A stretch of 64,000 bases of DNA from Felis catus (Eukaryota). Shown here piece by piece: positions 1-13,735 of the stretch (position 1 is its first letter; each line of letters starts with the position of its first letter). A program made the position numbers and the translations under genes. The notes below the pieces were generated by a model. The model was not told where the DNA came from. It searched no databases and saw nothing but the letters and a program-made list of their open reading frames with translations. Location of the stretch: NCBI RefSeq assembly GCF_018350175.1, contig NC_058368.1, positions 178,996,001 through 179,060,000 of the forward strand. Direction: 5' to 3'.

Positions 1-379
1 AGTTTGTGAGAAAGTCGACCTGGACGGCTGTCTCCTGCCTCCTCTGCTCGTCCTTAGCCTCTTTTCATGGCTGTCACTACGCTCATGGGTCTGAAGTTTA
101 TTTCTGTGACACCACCCTTCCCTACCTTTCCATGAGCTTGCTCTTTCCCCTTCTCTCTCTCTCTCTCTCTCTCTGTGTCTCTCTCTCTCTGTGTACCTAT
201 GAATATTTCCATATTTGTATCTCAAAACCACCTCAGATTCACCATTTATCAAAACACACTCCTTATTTTCTCCTACAAAATTAATTCTCTTCCTGTTATT
301 TAGTTTGCTCAACACCATTGACCATGGCTCCATAAACTATAGTCCCCACTGCCTCACTCTTCTCCCTCACAACACACAT

Positions 380-1000
380 CAAATAGGCTACCAATTCTAC
401 TTGCTAAATCCATCCCCTTTAGCTTCAGCCCCTCTGTCTCTGGTCAAGGCCCTCATCACCTGTCACTTGAATGCTACCTCATCTTGTTGCCATCAGTCCC
501 TTTTGCCCCATCCCAAGTAATCCTCCACATAGATTGCTAAATTACCCAAAAAGTAAAATCTTAACATGTCACTCCCCTGCTAAACAATCTTGCCGTGGTT
601 CCTGCTGTTGCATTTAGCTAATTTTTCAAGGCTCTTTGAATGTGATACTAACCTTCTCACCTGCTGGGTCTCCTATTTCTCCCCAGTCACAAGGAACTGG
701 GCTAGCTTCAAATACTGGGTGTTCTATCACATGTTGGTGCTTTTGCATAAGTCCCCTCATTTCCTGGAATGTCTTTTCCACCCTGCTTTGTCTGGGAATT
801 TCCTCATGTTGTTCCTCTGGATAACCTTACATTCCTTCCTATGGAGGATCCCCATGGCATGCATGTCCCTCTGCTATACCATTTATCCTATTGCATTATA
901 ATGTAGTGTTGATGAGTTTCTTTCCTTCAGTAAATGGCTAATATCTCCAAGTTGTGGGACAGTGTCTAATTCATAGTTGTCACTCAGTAGATACTTGTCA
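380..1000 (+). mobile_element. L2 (LINE2) 3' relic
   Basis: L2-like phrases such as ctggtcaaggccctcatcacctgtcacttgaa and catgtcactcccctgctaaacaatcttgccgtggttcc. Highly diverged; bounds approximate. Confidence 0.55.
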
Positions 1001-1546
1001 AAAAAGGGAACACTATATTGACTGGGGCAAAGATAAAAAGCAGTGGTGGGATTGAGACATTTAGATTGTCCAAAAGTAAAGCCATTATTACCATTTGTGT
1101 GTGCCCCGACCCTTAGTTAATTAATGAAATGTTCTTATTAGGGAAGGAAGGCTTCTATGCAGCAGGTCCTCAGTAGATAATTTTGAACTGAATCATACAC
1201 CTGAATGTAATACAGAGATTGTCAATTTTCAAATACCTGGATTGCTACATACTCTCAACAAGACGGAACCTAATCAAATCTTCTTTTGATGACTCAGAGA
1301 GCTTGTTGCAATTTCACAGGACATTGAGATCCTCGTTCATCATGGCCATCCAATATTACTGCCCAGTACACTTCTGTACTGGCTGTGGTAAAAAGGCAAA
1401 GTTTGATTTGTGGCAAACCACAAACTCCCTCCATGCTCCAGTATCTCCCTTCTCTGGTATCTGATCTGCCCCCAATGATGTCTTTGGAAGAGGAGATTAA
1501 GACATTAGAGAGCTGTGGTCTTTCTTGGTAAAATATCAAAACCCAA

Positions 1547-1997
1547 TGTGGTGAGCAGAATAATGGCCCCACAAGATATTCACATTCTAATTCCTGGGCA
1601 CTGTCAATATATTACCTCACATGGCAAAATAAACTTTGCGATGTGATTAAGGATCCTGGGATGGGATGAGTGTCCTGGATCGTCCAGGTGAGCCCAATTT
1701 AATCATAAGGATCTCTATAAAGGGAAGAGAGAAACAGGGGATACAGAGTCAGAGGAGGTACGCAATGGAAGCAGAAGGTGAAGAGAGGTATCACAAGCAA
1801 AGAATGTGGACAGCCTCTGAAAGGTGGAAAAAGCAAGGGACAAAACTTCTCACAGAGCCTCCAGAAGGAACAGAGATTTGCTGACACCATAACTTAGAGT
1901 TCTGGGGACTTCTGATCTCCAGAACTCTGAGAGTACCACTGGTGTTGTTTGTCACCACTCATGTGTGGTGATTTGTTTCAGCAGCAATAATAATACA
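1547..1997 (+). mobile_element. MaLR solo LTR (MLT1D-like)
   Basis: Starts tgtggtgagcagaataatggcccc, contains gatgtgattaaggatc and acagagcctccagaaggaa, and ends ttgtttcagcagcaataataataca (TG...CA). Confidence 0.8.
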
Positions 1998-4900
1998 ACC
2001 AGATTAAACCCTTATGATTAACAAACTACTCACATCTAACTCAAAGTCAGTTTATTTGACTTTTTTTTTTTTTGGATGATTTTTACAACTATGACAGCTA
2101 GCTGAGGACAGGGATCTGTTGGGAAGAAAATCAGGGGAAAGAAATAAGAAGTTTCTATTATTACTTGTCATTATAAATACCTTTTGTTCTCACCTGTAAT
2201 CCTCACAACCATGTGAGATAGATAAAAACACTCCCATTTTGTAGATGAAGTAACTGAAGTTCAGGTACTTGCACAGTACTCAGATTATACAAGTGGGAAC
2301 AGGTGAGTGAGGCACTCTCACATTTACTCTGAAGCTAGTAATGACAAGATTGGGATGCTGTTCTAGGACCTGCTGGCTAGATTCCACAGCATGCTATGTT
2401 CAGAGTCAGACCTATTTGAGGAGTGTCAGCAGAGCATTACATGACTAAGTTCTCCTCAGCCAAGGGCATCGTGAGGGCTTGAGTTGAAGACGCAGGCCTT
2501 CAATAGTGTTCTCAAAGGGTGATCGTGGACTACCTGTATGGCAGTCTCCTGGGTATATGTGAATACTGGTCGCTGGCCTTCACCCCCAACCTGCTGGAAA
2601 AGAGGGGTGGGGTGGAGGATGGGAGTCTGGTTACAGCAAGCTTCCTGGGAAGGTCGGATCCATTATAGCTTCAGAGACATTCAATCAGGGTCTTGAAAAG
2701 AGGGGGTGGCAGTTGATTTACTAGGCACTTTTGTGACAAACAGCTTACATGTCTATGAATAGAAAATTCTTGCTAATAAAATAGCCGAGTAAGTACTTTT
2801 TGTCTTAAATACATCATTAGAAAGATAACTTTCCCTTCTAATTACAGGTTTAGGTGGTCATATACAGACCTAAATAGGGGGTGCAGGTGAGGGTGGACAC
2901 AATGGGAAAGGAAGAGAAGGTCAGGGGGCTTGCTCACAGAGTAAGTGGAACTTTTGAGGCCTCCTGTTTCCAACGAAAAGGGAAAACGAGTCTCTGTCAG
3001 TCCATTTTGAGGTCCAGGTTTGCCTTACGCATTACTTAGAGTATTCATTTGTAGTCACTCCTTCCTGCTACATCTCCCAGCTCCTCGGGCCTCATCTGAG
3101 ATCAGAAATGAAATGGCAATCCTTGCCCACATTCCTCTTCCAATTAAGGTTAAGACCAATTAAAGCCCAATTCTGCTGCCAAGCCAAGAGAGCAAATGCT
3201 AGGAACTATCCTCTGGTGAGTCCTGGAGGAGCAGTCACAAACACTAGGTGGGGTGGGTATGCAAAGTGCTGCCCAGCACCACCACCCCCTGTTCAGGAGA
3301 GGGCTATAGTCACCCCATGCTCGTGAGCCAGGTAATATGCATGACACTGAATGCCAGAAGCCTCCACCACCATTTCCTCAAGCTCCACAGAGCACAGGCT
3401 GCATTTTCACCATTATTGATTCCTCCACTGTTATAACTCCTTCTGGACCAGACAGAGATGTTAAGGATATGCAAAGGGAGATTTACAGCAAGCGCCTCTC
3501 CGTGTACGCGGCAACCAGCTTCCTCATTCCCGGTGTCTCTCCCTTACAGTTTTGATATTCAGAGCTCATTAGAAGGCGCCTCTCTGGAACGCAGGCCAAA
3601 GTCTTACAGCTGTGTGCCCTGCAGGAGAAGCCAGGCCAGGCCTGCACCTTACCAAGGAAAGAGGCTCTGGAGAACTACGTGAGCCAACTAGGGGTCAGCA
3701 GCCCTGAGCGTCTTCCTTGCGTTTCCATCTGAGGTGATGCTTTCTGGCCATGGGGTCTTGGCCTGCCACTTAAAGCTATTGCCTGACCAGAGAAAAAGGC
3801 CTTAGTTTATTAGAAATGTGATATGCACCCAGGCCTGTGGGTTTAGTAACCGACTTTCCACTTAAATTATTTAGTATTTTTCCTTTTGTCTGCCTCTGAT
3901 GCTCTCCCAGTGTGGAGCTGGGTGAACTGTGAGAGCTTTCTCTGCCTTCCAGACACAGTCCTCCCTCTGGCCAGCAATGAAGTCCACAATGAAAAATAAT
4001 TATAAATTACACAGCATATCTGTTCTTTCTGGTAACCACAGATGCACTTGCAGCCCTCACCACATTTCAGTACAGACTGAGCAGCATTTATTGCAAACAA
4101 TGGAATGGGAACATTACAGCAATATCATCCAGTATCCCCCAAACAACTGCCCCAAACATGGCTCAAGCTATCTCTTTAGGAAACAGATACAGAGTTTGGG
4201 GTACAGGTGGAAATTTCTCTGAGCCCTGACAGGTTGATCCCCAAGACATTTGCCCCTAGCCTCTGTTTCTCTCAGTAGCTTTATCCCTTTCTTTTCTGTA
4301 GAATGCAAGGAGAAAGTATGATTTATTGCATTGGCAATTTATCTGAAATAAAAATTAAACCCTATTTTAATGCATTAATAGCTAAAGAGGCTGAAACATG
4401 CCATAAATATAAAATCAATCAAGTTGAGAATTTCACAGGAATAACAAATGGATGGCTGCTGGCACGGAGGCCACGGTTGACCACAGAATGACCCAATCTT
4501 TATTTCTCTGTCAAGTTAATGTAACAATCATTACCATTTGTTGAACCAGGCATGGTGCCAGGCGCTTTGCTAAACACTGGACATGTATCATCTCACTTCG
4601 GACTCCCAACAAACAACCCTAAAATGTGGGCATGGATATTGTCACTCGGCAGATGAGGACACTAAGACTCAGAGGGGCTGCATGAAGACTTGTCCAAGAT
4701 TCAGTGGAGCCAGAGCTCAAACCGATCCTGCATTCAGGAGATTTTCCTGCCCCTCTTACCTTTTGACCTTGCATAATCAGTGAATATATGTTAAAGTTCT
4801 CTGACATGGCCTGCCCTTTCTGAAGGCCTAACCTGAAGGCCTTCTTGACACAGAGCCACAGAACACAGAGCACAGATCTCTTTCATAGACAGTGATCAGC

Positions 4901-5686
4901 AGTGAAGACTTCTACAGCTTGGTTCTGCTTATCTATGTACCAAGGAGAGCACCTCTGATTCTCTGAGGATTCGTCAGCAGACAGATGCCCTAGGAGAAGA
5001 AGTGCACTTGCCAACTTAACATGGATGCAAGTTGTGAAGCTTGAAATTACACCCTATGAATAATGAGAAAACTAGTCGTTAGAAGAAAGTTTTAGGAACA
5101 AAATCCCTTCTATGCTGGGGTGGGGAGGGTATTGGGAGGGAGAAAACAAACTAAAGCCCCTACTTTCCCAGACTGTAATTCTTCCCCAGAGACACTTTCC
5201 AAAGCAGCATGGTTTATCCAAGTGGATAGGAACCAAACTATCCTCACTGATTCCATTGATTCTTACAGCTAATTCTTTAAAAAACAAAGTGACAGGAGGT
5301 CAATAAATCTGTGGTTCACTTGGGTTCCATGGCAAGAGGGGCCACAGAAGCTCTCTGATGCACAGAGAAGATGAAGAGATGGAGAGGGGTTTGGAAGATG
5401 TTTTATCTTCAGGAAGATGCTGTGGATCATTAATTTCTCAGCCAACTTGCCTGGAGTGTATGGTTTATGGAAGTGGCTTATCATCTTTTCTCTTTATAAA
5501 AGAGCAAGACTCACCTAAGAAGGAAGTGCACAAAGCCTACTGCAGACCTCAGCAGCCTACAGTAGACCCAAGATTGCAGAGCCCCTATATTGCCTTGAGT
5601 AAGCTGCCTCCTAAGGGGGTTCCCATCTTCTCTGGGAATGCAGTGCCACAGTCAGAACTGCTCTGCAATCTAGAAACATTATTACA

Positions 5687-5922
5687 GAGGCACCTGGGTG
5701 TCTCATTCAGTTTAGCATCCAACTCTTGACTTCAGCTCAGGTCATGATCCCAGGGTTGTGGGACTGAGCCCTTTGTCAGGCTCTACACTAGAAGGGGAGC
5801 CTGCTTAAGATTCTCTCTTTTCCTCTCTCCCTCTTCCCCTCTCCCCCACTTGCATTCTCTCTCTCCCTCTCTTTCTCTTTCAAATTAAAGAAGAAGAAGA
5901 AGAAGAAGAAGAAGAAGAAGAA

Positions 5923-5954
<32 letters not shown>

Positions 5955-5960
5955 AGAAAA
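5687..5960 (+). mobile_element. Can-SINE (older carnivore subfamily) with (GAA)n tail
   Basis: Head gaggcacctgggtgtctcattcagtttagcatccaactcttgacttcagctcaggtcatgat, CT-rich body. 15-bp TSD agaaacattattaca (5672-5686) / agaaacactattaca (5961-5975). Confidence 0.92.
5890..5958 (+). repeat. (GAA)18 GAG (GAA)4 trinucleotide microsatellite
   Basis: Counted directly from the sequence. Confidence 0.97.
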
Positions 5961-8814
5961 AGAAACACTATTACAAGGTGTATTGGTCAACTGGGTCATA
6001 AAGTGCCCTTCATGCAGCCCAGCCCCAGGTTAGGTCTGGTGTCACAGGGGGCGGTGAGGTCATTAAGGTGCACCAGGCCTTGGTCACCACACCTCACCAC
6101 CCCTACCCCATACATATTGGGCAACTAGAATCTCACATAGATACTATTATGTTCTTTTAGTGCAATATATCTTAGTATACAAGCTTTGGAGCTAGACAAA
6201 GGAGGCTCAAATCCTGGCTCTATCACTGACCAGTGCATGCTCTTGGCAGAATATTTAACCTCTCCTTGGCTCAGTTTCCTTGTTTGTAAAATGAAGTTAA
6301 TTGAGAAATACATGAGACATGTAAGAATTACTGAACTTGTAGTATAGTATCAACAATATGGATTACTACTAGTTCTTCTCTTTCTACCCCCTTCCTCTCC
6401 CTCCACTTCCTCCTCCTCCCTGCCTTCCTACTTCTCATTATTGTTATTATTATTCACTTAAATACTACATGTCCTCACCTAATGCGGTACAGGTCCTCTC
6501 ATTCTTTCTTCTTCTTAGAATAAGACCCCCAGTAATAGACAAGCCCCAGGCTAAAACATTTGACCCCTCTTTAGGAAAAACAAAGGACTAGGAATCAAGA
6601 GACCAGGCTTATATTCTGATCATAATTCATGGTATGACTTCCCTTTGCCAACCCCTTTTGTCAGTTAAATGGGGATAACAATCTTCCCATATTTCTGGGC
6701 TATTGTAAGGGTAAAATAAAAACACAGATTTGAAATGTTTGCGGTTTGAAAGTGCTATATAAAAGTAAGAGGTTTCCACTGTTTGTTTCTATATAAACTT
6801 TTATCTCCTTTTGGCTCACCCAACTTTAGTTTGCCTAGCCAAGATACTACATCCAGAAACCAGCTCTATTGTTTGCTTATATATTTATGTATTTATCCTC
6901 TTTTTGCTTCTCACTATTTCTTCTTCTAGACAAGCCATGACTTAGGCTTCTCGCTGCTTCCAATTACCTAGAAAAACATCCTTCTACTTTTCACCTAGCA
7001 TGATAGCTGAAGCATTGATCTGTCAGTTAGATTAGTGAGGTGCCCTCAAGAGGAAAACCTGAAAGCTCTCTTCCATTTCTACTTTACACACAGCTCACTT
7101 TCTAAATCCAATGTGGTGCCATGCACAGTCATCTTGGGTAGGAAGGGCTTTAAGGCTCCCCAGTGAACTCCTCAGTGCCCCCACCCCTGAACCAGGTGTT
7201 AGGTATTCCACACATCTTCAAAGGACTAACCTCACAGACCTTGAATACTCTGGACTATCTCAATGGCTCCAGGCCTGAATCCCATACTGTAACAATTTCT
7301 TGACCACCGTTTGGCCCAAACTGTGAGCCAGAGCTCTACACAAGCTAGGCACTCAACATTTCTCTCCTCCATATGGAATATGAATGCAGAAGATGATAAG
7401 AGTGGCAGGGTAGGGAAATTAAGAGGAAGAAAAGAAGCAGAGGTGAGGCTGGAGAAGTTACTGGTGTTCTATGTCAATACCAACCTACAAAGAACCCTCT
7501 GATAAGACTTTACTTGAATTCTTACCAAGTAGGCAGCTTATTTCCCTTTTCAAGAGGTTGCCAACTTGGTGTGGATTGGATAAGTAGGAAGTTAAGGGGT
7601 ATCTCCTCTTCTCTACTCAGCCTCAAAATGAAAACAGATGATAGAGGGCACTGCCCCTGCCTATTTATAAGGCAGCTGCTACCAAAACAAAATATACTCC
7701 CTCTCCTCCCCTCCAAACTAAACAGTAGTTTGTCAAACGGATGGATAAGAAGAAAAGTGACTATTTTCCTTTATGTTAATAAATTGCTTTGGCCGAAAAC
7801 ACATTAATCAATTTCTTTCCAAAGCATACATGCTTCCCTACACTATGCTATTTCCCTGGCCTTGAAAAAGAAAGTCACTTTCAATCCCCTTTAAATTGTC
7901 AAGACCAGTGGGGACAGTTGCAGGAGCGGGGTGGGGAGCCCTAATGATTATAATGGAACCCTGTGGTGTTTCCATAGAAACATAAAGAGTGTGTTCTTCC
8001 CCGAATGTATACCGAGGGGAGGAGTGAAGAATGATGTTGCCGACAAGGTGTACAATTACTGAAGAGCTAAAGGTGTGAGTGAGGAGGTAAGGCATTCAGT
8101 CCCTAAGATAGGGAGACAAAAGAGTTATTGAAGAGTGGAGTGGGCAGAGACCATATCCTACATGAGGACATTTCATCTGTTATTTTGTCCCATCTGCACA
8201 ACTACCCAGTGAGGTAGCTTTATAATCTCCTCTTTCAACTGAGTCTCAGAAAGAGTAGCAACTTGCCCAAGGTCACCCAGCCAGTAAGTGGTATAGCCTT
8301 AGTTCAAACCCAGGAGTGTTCTACTCAAGAGCCCCTGTTCTCTTCTCTATATTGTGCTGAACTTTAAATTGTGATGAGGAGACTGAGTTTACATTGTCTC
8401 CTGGCTCTTCTCTCCCCAGGCATGCCAATTCTATACACATTCTGGAATCACCCAGAGCATTATGTTTTCTAACTGATATTAGGACACTACTGTGAGTCTT
8501 GGCAAACTCAGGTGATTTGCTGTTGTTGTCATTTGTTTGTTTGAATTATGAAGTCAGAGAAATGTTACAGATGAGAAGAAGGAGGCCAGTTTATGTGTAT
8601 GTTCGTATCATTTGGTAGACATATATGGATGAACAGTTGGCAAGTAGGGGTAGTGGGGATAAATGCAAAGCATATTTGTAAAGCAACTGTTAGTTTAATC
8701 ACATACCTCAAATCCTGGGATGTAAGATCCACTAAAGCAGTAACCACATCTGTCTGTCTTACTATTATCCCTGCAACTGAGCACAGTGTCAGGCCCAGAG
8801 CAGGATACACTGGC

Positions 8815-8958
8815 TGACCAGCTGGTTGGCTGGCTGGATGAATGGATGGTAGGTAGGATGGATGGATGGGCGGATGTATGAATGGATGGATAGACACATG
8901 GATGAGTGGTTGGATACATGGATGGTTGGCTGGCTGGCTGACTGGATAGATGGATGAA
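8815..8958. repeat. Imperfect (TGGA)n/(TGGC)n tetranucleotide repeat
   Basis: ggctggttggctggctggatgaatggatggtaggtaggatggatggatggg... Confidence 0.9.
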
Positions 8959-11453
8959 ATATCCTATACCAGAAAGCACAAGAAATTCCTGGAACGAGCA
9001 GGGAGTACCCACTTTCTTGGGCTCTATCTGGTGCTCTAAGATTAAGGTGATTTTTGTGCCTTTGGGGGAAGGATAGGGATATTTCAGGAGGTAGGAGAAC
9101 TGTGAATATGGATGTTCCCTACCTGTGAACTAGTGCTAGAGGGGGTAAGAATCAGAGTTTGCAACATACTGCTTTACCAGCTTTCCTTGAAGCAGTGCAG
9201 AGGTTCCTGAACAACTCTTCCCCAGCCCCCAAATCCATCTCTTTAAGTTTCCACAAGGGAGAGTGAGGTGCAGGTAGTGCAGACAAAAATTCACCCCAGG
9301 CCCAGAGACAAAGAGGAGTACAATGCTGATACTGCATCCTGGAAGGAAAGCCTCACTGTTTGAGTCTGTGGATGCCTCTGCTCACTGACCTAGCGAATCC
9401 TGGGCTGTGACTAAAATGCCCCTAATAGCTCTTGATGTTGGCTATCATTTACTGAGGACACAGAGCCACTGGACTACCAGCACGAGGAGGCCAGAAATAA
9501 TGTTTATCTACCATTCCTTCCCTAGCACCTAGCATAGGGCCTGGCACATGGGTGATAATAAATATTTGTTGAATGACTGACTGAAAACTTGATGCCTTGT
9601 TCTGAGCTGAACTTCTTAAATTTCACTGAAATCCTATGAGTAGATACCATGTTTATTTTGCAGATGAAGACACTACTGCTTAAAAATAAGAAATGACTTC
9701 CCCAAGATCTCACAGCTAATCAGTTGTGGAGCTTTGCTTTGGAAAATACAGCCATTATGTAGGTCATCCATCCAGGAGTATATCTTTATAGAGGGCACCA
9801 GGGAGAAATGGAAAAAGAAAGGATGACACCAAGGAGAAGAAAATCTGGGCGAAGCTTATCAAAACTACAGAAATGAAATAATCAGAAACACCTTCCCAAT
9901 ACTCCCTAAGCACTGACACCCCATCCGTCTGGCTACAAAACATGCCATCTGGCTCTTCTGACTCTTTAGCTTCTTCCATCTCAGAATGCCCATTTGGGGA
10001 CTTCATTAGTCATGCATGACAACCACGATTTGCCTTTCCAGCAGCGCTTAGTCTGATCCTGGGTCTCTAAGAGGTGATATGGGATAGTAGACCAGGACCA
10101 AGTATCCTTTTAATGACAGCTCTTTTTCATCCCTTGCTGGTTAGAAAGGCTTTGGACAGTCATGTCACATGGCAAACCAATGTGGGGTCTTTCGTCTTCA
10201 ATATGAAACATTTCATTTCCCTTCATGCTAAGCAAGGAGAATGTACTGTTTCCATGACTCTGCATTTCCTCCCCTTTCCACACTCCTACACTGGTTACTC
10301 ATCTTGGGCCATCTGAGGCCTCTAGAATGAAACCAGGTAAAAATACAGCTAAAAGCTTAAGAGCCTTCTTATAAGGATCTCAGCACTGGAAACTCCTCCA
10401 TAAGTAAATCTCCGAGGGAGGAAAGTGGACAATTAAGGGCAGAGGGAGCCCCTGCACAGCCTTCAGGGACATCTGCAGGATTCATTCTTTCTGGCCTGCC
10501 TCTCCAGCTTCTGGGAAAACTGAGCCCGAGTTATGAGTCAAGCTGACAAACCCTAACACACCTGCAGGCCTGATTCTCAAGCCCTCAAGGACACAGAATG
10601 TGTGAGTACCCACTATGAGCAAGCCAGAACTTCTGTACTCCCAGGCATCTGACTCTCTCAGCCTCTGGGAACCCTGATCCCCAAATACATCATGTTTAGC
10701 TCACAGACCTGTGTACAAATAATACAACGGAGTCTGTACATTAACAACTCCAAAACATACAAATAAAATAGCAAAGAAAAAAATGAAGATTAGGAAATGC
10801 CCAGTGAAGTATTTAAATATGTCTACATTGAGGAATATTATGTGGTGAATGTATATGGAAAGCTCTCTGAGACACATTGTTAAGTTGAGAAGCAAGGCAA
10901 AGAGCAAGACATAATGTATTAGTGGCAATAGTCGCAATGGTGACTCATAGAAGCTACCAAATATGGAAGCCTTACTACATGCCAGGTACTGCCCTAAACA
11001 CTTCCTTTGTATTCTTTCACTTGGTTAATATACATATTAATTGCAAAGAAAGCTTTTGGAATAGTTGCTATTATTGTGTCCATTTTACTGTTGAGGACAC
11101 TGGTTAGTTCTTTTGTATCTTCCCCTGTATTATTTAAATCTTTTATAATGAGGCAGCTTTCATGCAAAATGTGTAAAAATAATTAGCAATTAGGGGCATT
11201 AAATAAATGTGAGAGAGATTGTAGCAATATTTACTGAACACCTACTATCAGGCTGTCATATTACATGTCTCATCCTCAAAAGGAAGGCATTACAGGTTCC
11301 AATTCAACCAGTGAGGAACTAGTGGTTGAAAGGGGTGGCACAGTTTTCCCAAGGTCAGCAGGTACCTAAGCATCTGGAACTTGATCTCAAAGCCTATGCT
11401 CTTCCATGTCAGTTAGATACTTGGTGATTCTAAATCAATAAGTGCTGATTTGA

Positions 11454-11675
<222 letters not shown>

Positions 11676-12110
11676 GCTTGTTGGGTCCATTCCCTTTGCC
11701 CTCCCCAAGTACCTCCCCAAGGTGGGGAAACCACTGCCCTCAGGCCTTCTCTACTTTTTAGCACAGGCCCCAGGTGGTGAGCCATTCAACTTGCAAAATG
11801 GGAAAGACTAGGGGCTGGTTTAGCTGCTGCTGGACACCTGACCACTAATCTCACCTAAATGAGTGACACTTGCTGAGGACTTTATGGATACTTGAGTGAC
11901 CACTTGCCTAGTTCCCTGTCACACATGACCAGTTCACATCCTTGTTTGAGAGCCTAGGTTCCTACCATGGGCAAAAACCCCATCACATCTTCTAAAACCT
12001 CCATGATGCTAAACACTCCCTTCCCATCCTGAGTTCATCATCCCAAAAGAAAAAAAAAAAAATGTTGCGCACAACAGGAAAATAGAGGAATGTTATAATC
12101 AGATACCCCA

Positions 12111-12140
12111 GGGTGGGGGGTGGGGGGGGCGGGGGGGGGG
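12111..12140 (+). other. G-quadruplex-forming tract in the INSYN2B 3'UTR
   Basis: GGG T GGGGGG T GGGGGGGG C GGGGGGGGGG: four G-runs with single-nucleotide loops. Confidence 0.8.
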
Positions 12141-13564
12141 CAACTAGAAACATAAACTGGCAGTTTTCTAAGATATTGGCATACATAAGTACATCAGAAG
12201 CGGGTAGGGCATAAAAATGCAAGATCACTTCATGGATTGGGTAATTTTCATTTTTAGTTAGCCCTTAGATCCCATGGGACCCAGATCCCATGTCATCTCA
12301 TGCTATGTGAGCTTTACAGTCTGTGGCAGAGTAAAGTTATGGCAGGATATAAGGAACTTGTTGGTATGGCCATCCTGTAATTATAGCCGCTGCAGGGCCT
12401 GCCTTAAACCATTGTGATTCTCAGCTTGGGGCCTCAGACCCGTTGGCAAATGGGTGGGACCTGGTTTGGGCTTGCACTTGAAGGTTCCACAGTTACTGTC
12501 CCTGCAATATTTAAGACCATGAGATCCAGCAGCCTGTCTGTCCGTTTCATCTCACCAGTAACATCAGACTAAGATAAAAACACAACACTGGTTCTTGTTC
12601 ATTCATCCCAGCAACAGCCTTGTAGATAGGTCCCAAAATATATTAATCTACACAATTTCCCTTTGTGATGACCAGGTGATGGTCACCTGATTGAAGAAGC
12701 AGCAGGACTGGGGATGAGGATATATTTTCTTCCATTTTAGTATTAAAGACCTTTCCTTCCCAAAGTCTGAATTCTTTTGAAGTCTGACTCATTCTTTTGG
12801 CAAGATCCTCATACATGTGGGTCCAGTCAAACTTGCATGGCTGAACAAACTACTATAATGTAATTAATTGCTACATACTCTTGGGGATAAGGGGTAGGTT
12901 GGAAAAGCTTGCATTCCTTTGCATTAAATTCTCTAGCAGCCTGTGGTTGCATTGATGCTGCTTAGAAAAGGGATCCTAAAGCTCCACAGGCACTCAATGA
13001 AGAAGGCATTTTATAATCCCCTTTGCTGAAGATCAGGTCTCTGAGTTAGAGTCTTTGCGGAGTGCACGTGGGATGTATGTACCCCACTGCAAATTGAGAC
13101 TCACTGAACAAACCACTCCGACAGCTTCACCTTTCCCTGTCACCGTGCTGCAGTGCACAAAGCTATTTCGGTGAGAGTGAGAGGGAAATTTGGCAAAGAG
13201 TCTCAGCTTGCACTATTTAAGTCTTGGAATGTCATTCAAGATGTTCTCATTCTGTTTCTAGTGTAATGTTTAAACCCACAAAATGAGACCGGAATACATA
13301 ACACTAAGTTGGAATTAAGATAAATACACTTGTCATACTTAAGAAGTCACATTTCAATAAGATATGCTACCACTGGCTAAAAGCCACAGATCTTTCTGTA
13401 TCCACACAATCAACTCTCAGTTGGCCCCAACAGTGGAAAAGAACAGCACAGAAGATAATCCAATAAGACAAAATCATTTGGGATGTCTTATGTAATTTTA
13501 TCTCATAGTAGAGCTTCCATCTTAATTTGCTTTGCTTACACCAATTTTCAAATTAATTTATATT

Positions 13565-13735
13565 CTTGGGTAGCATGCTGGGATGAAAATAATCCTGTTC
13601 CCGGAATTAAGAGACCCAGGCAACAGAACAGTCTATAACACTAACCTTCGGCAAATTGCTTAAATTTTCAGGGCCTGGTTGTCCATTCTTGAACGGAGAT
13701 GTAAACACCTACTCTACCTACTTTGTAAGCTCTGT
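13565..13735 (+). mobile_element. MIR-like relic inside the INSYN2B 3'UTR
   Basis: Degenerate MIR core: aattaagagacccagg...cactaaccttcggcaaattgcttaaattttcagggcct...acacctactctacctact. Confidence 0.5.
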
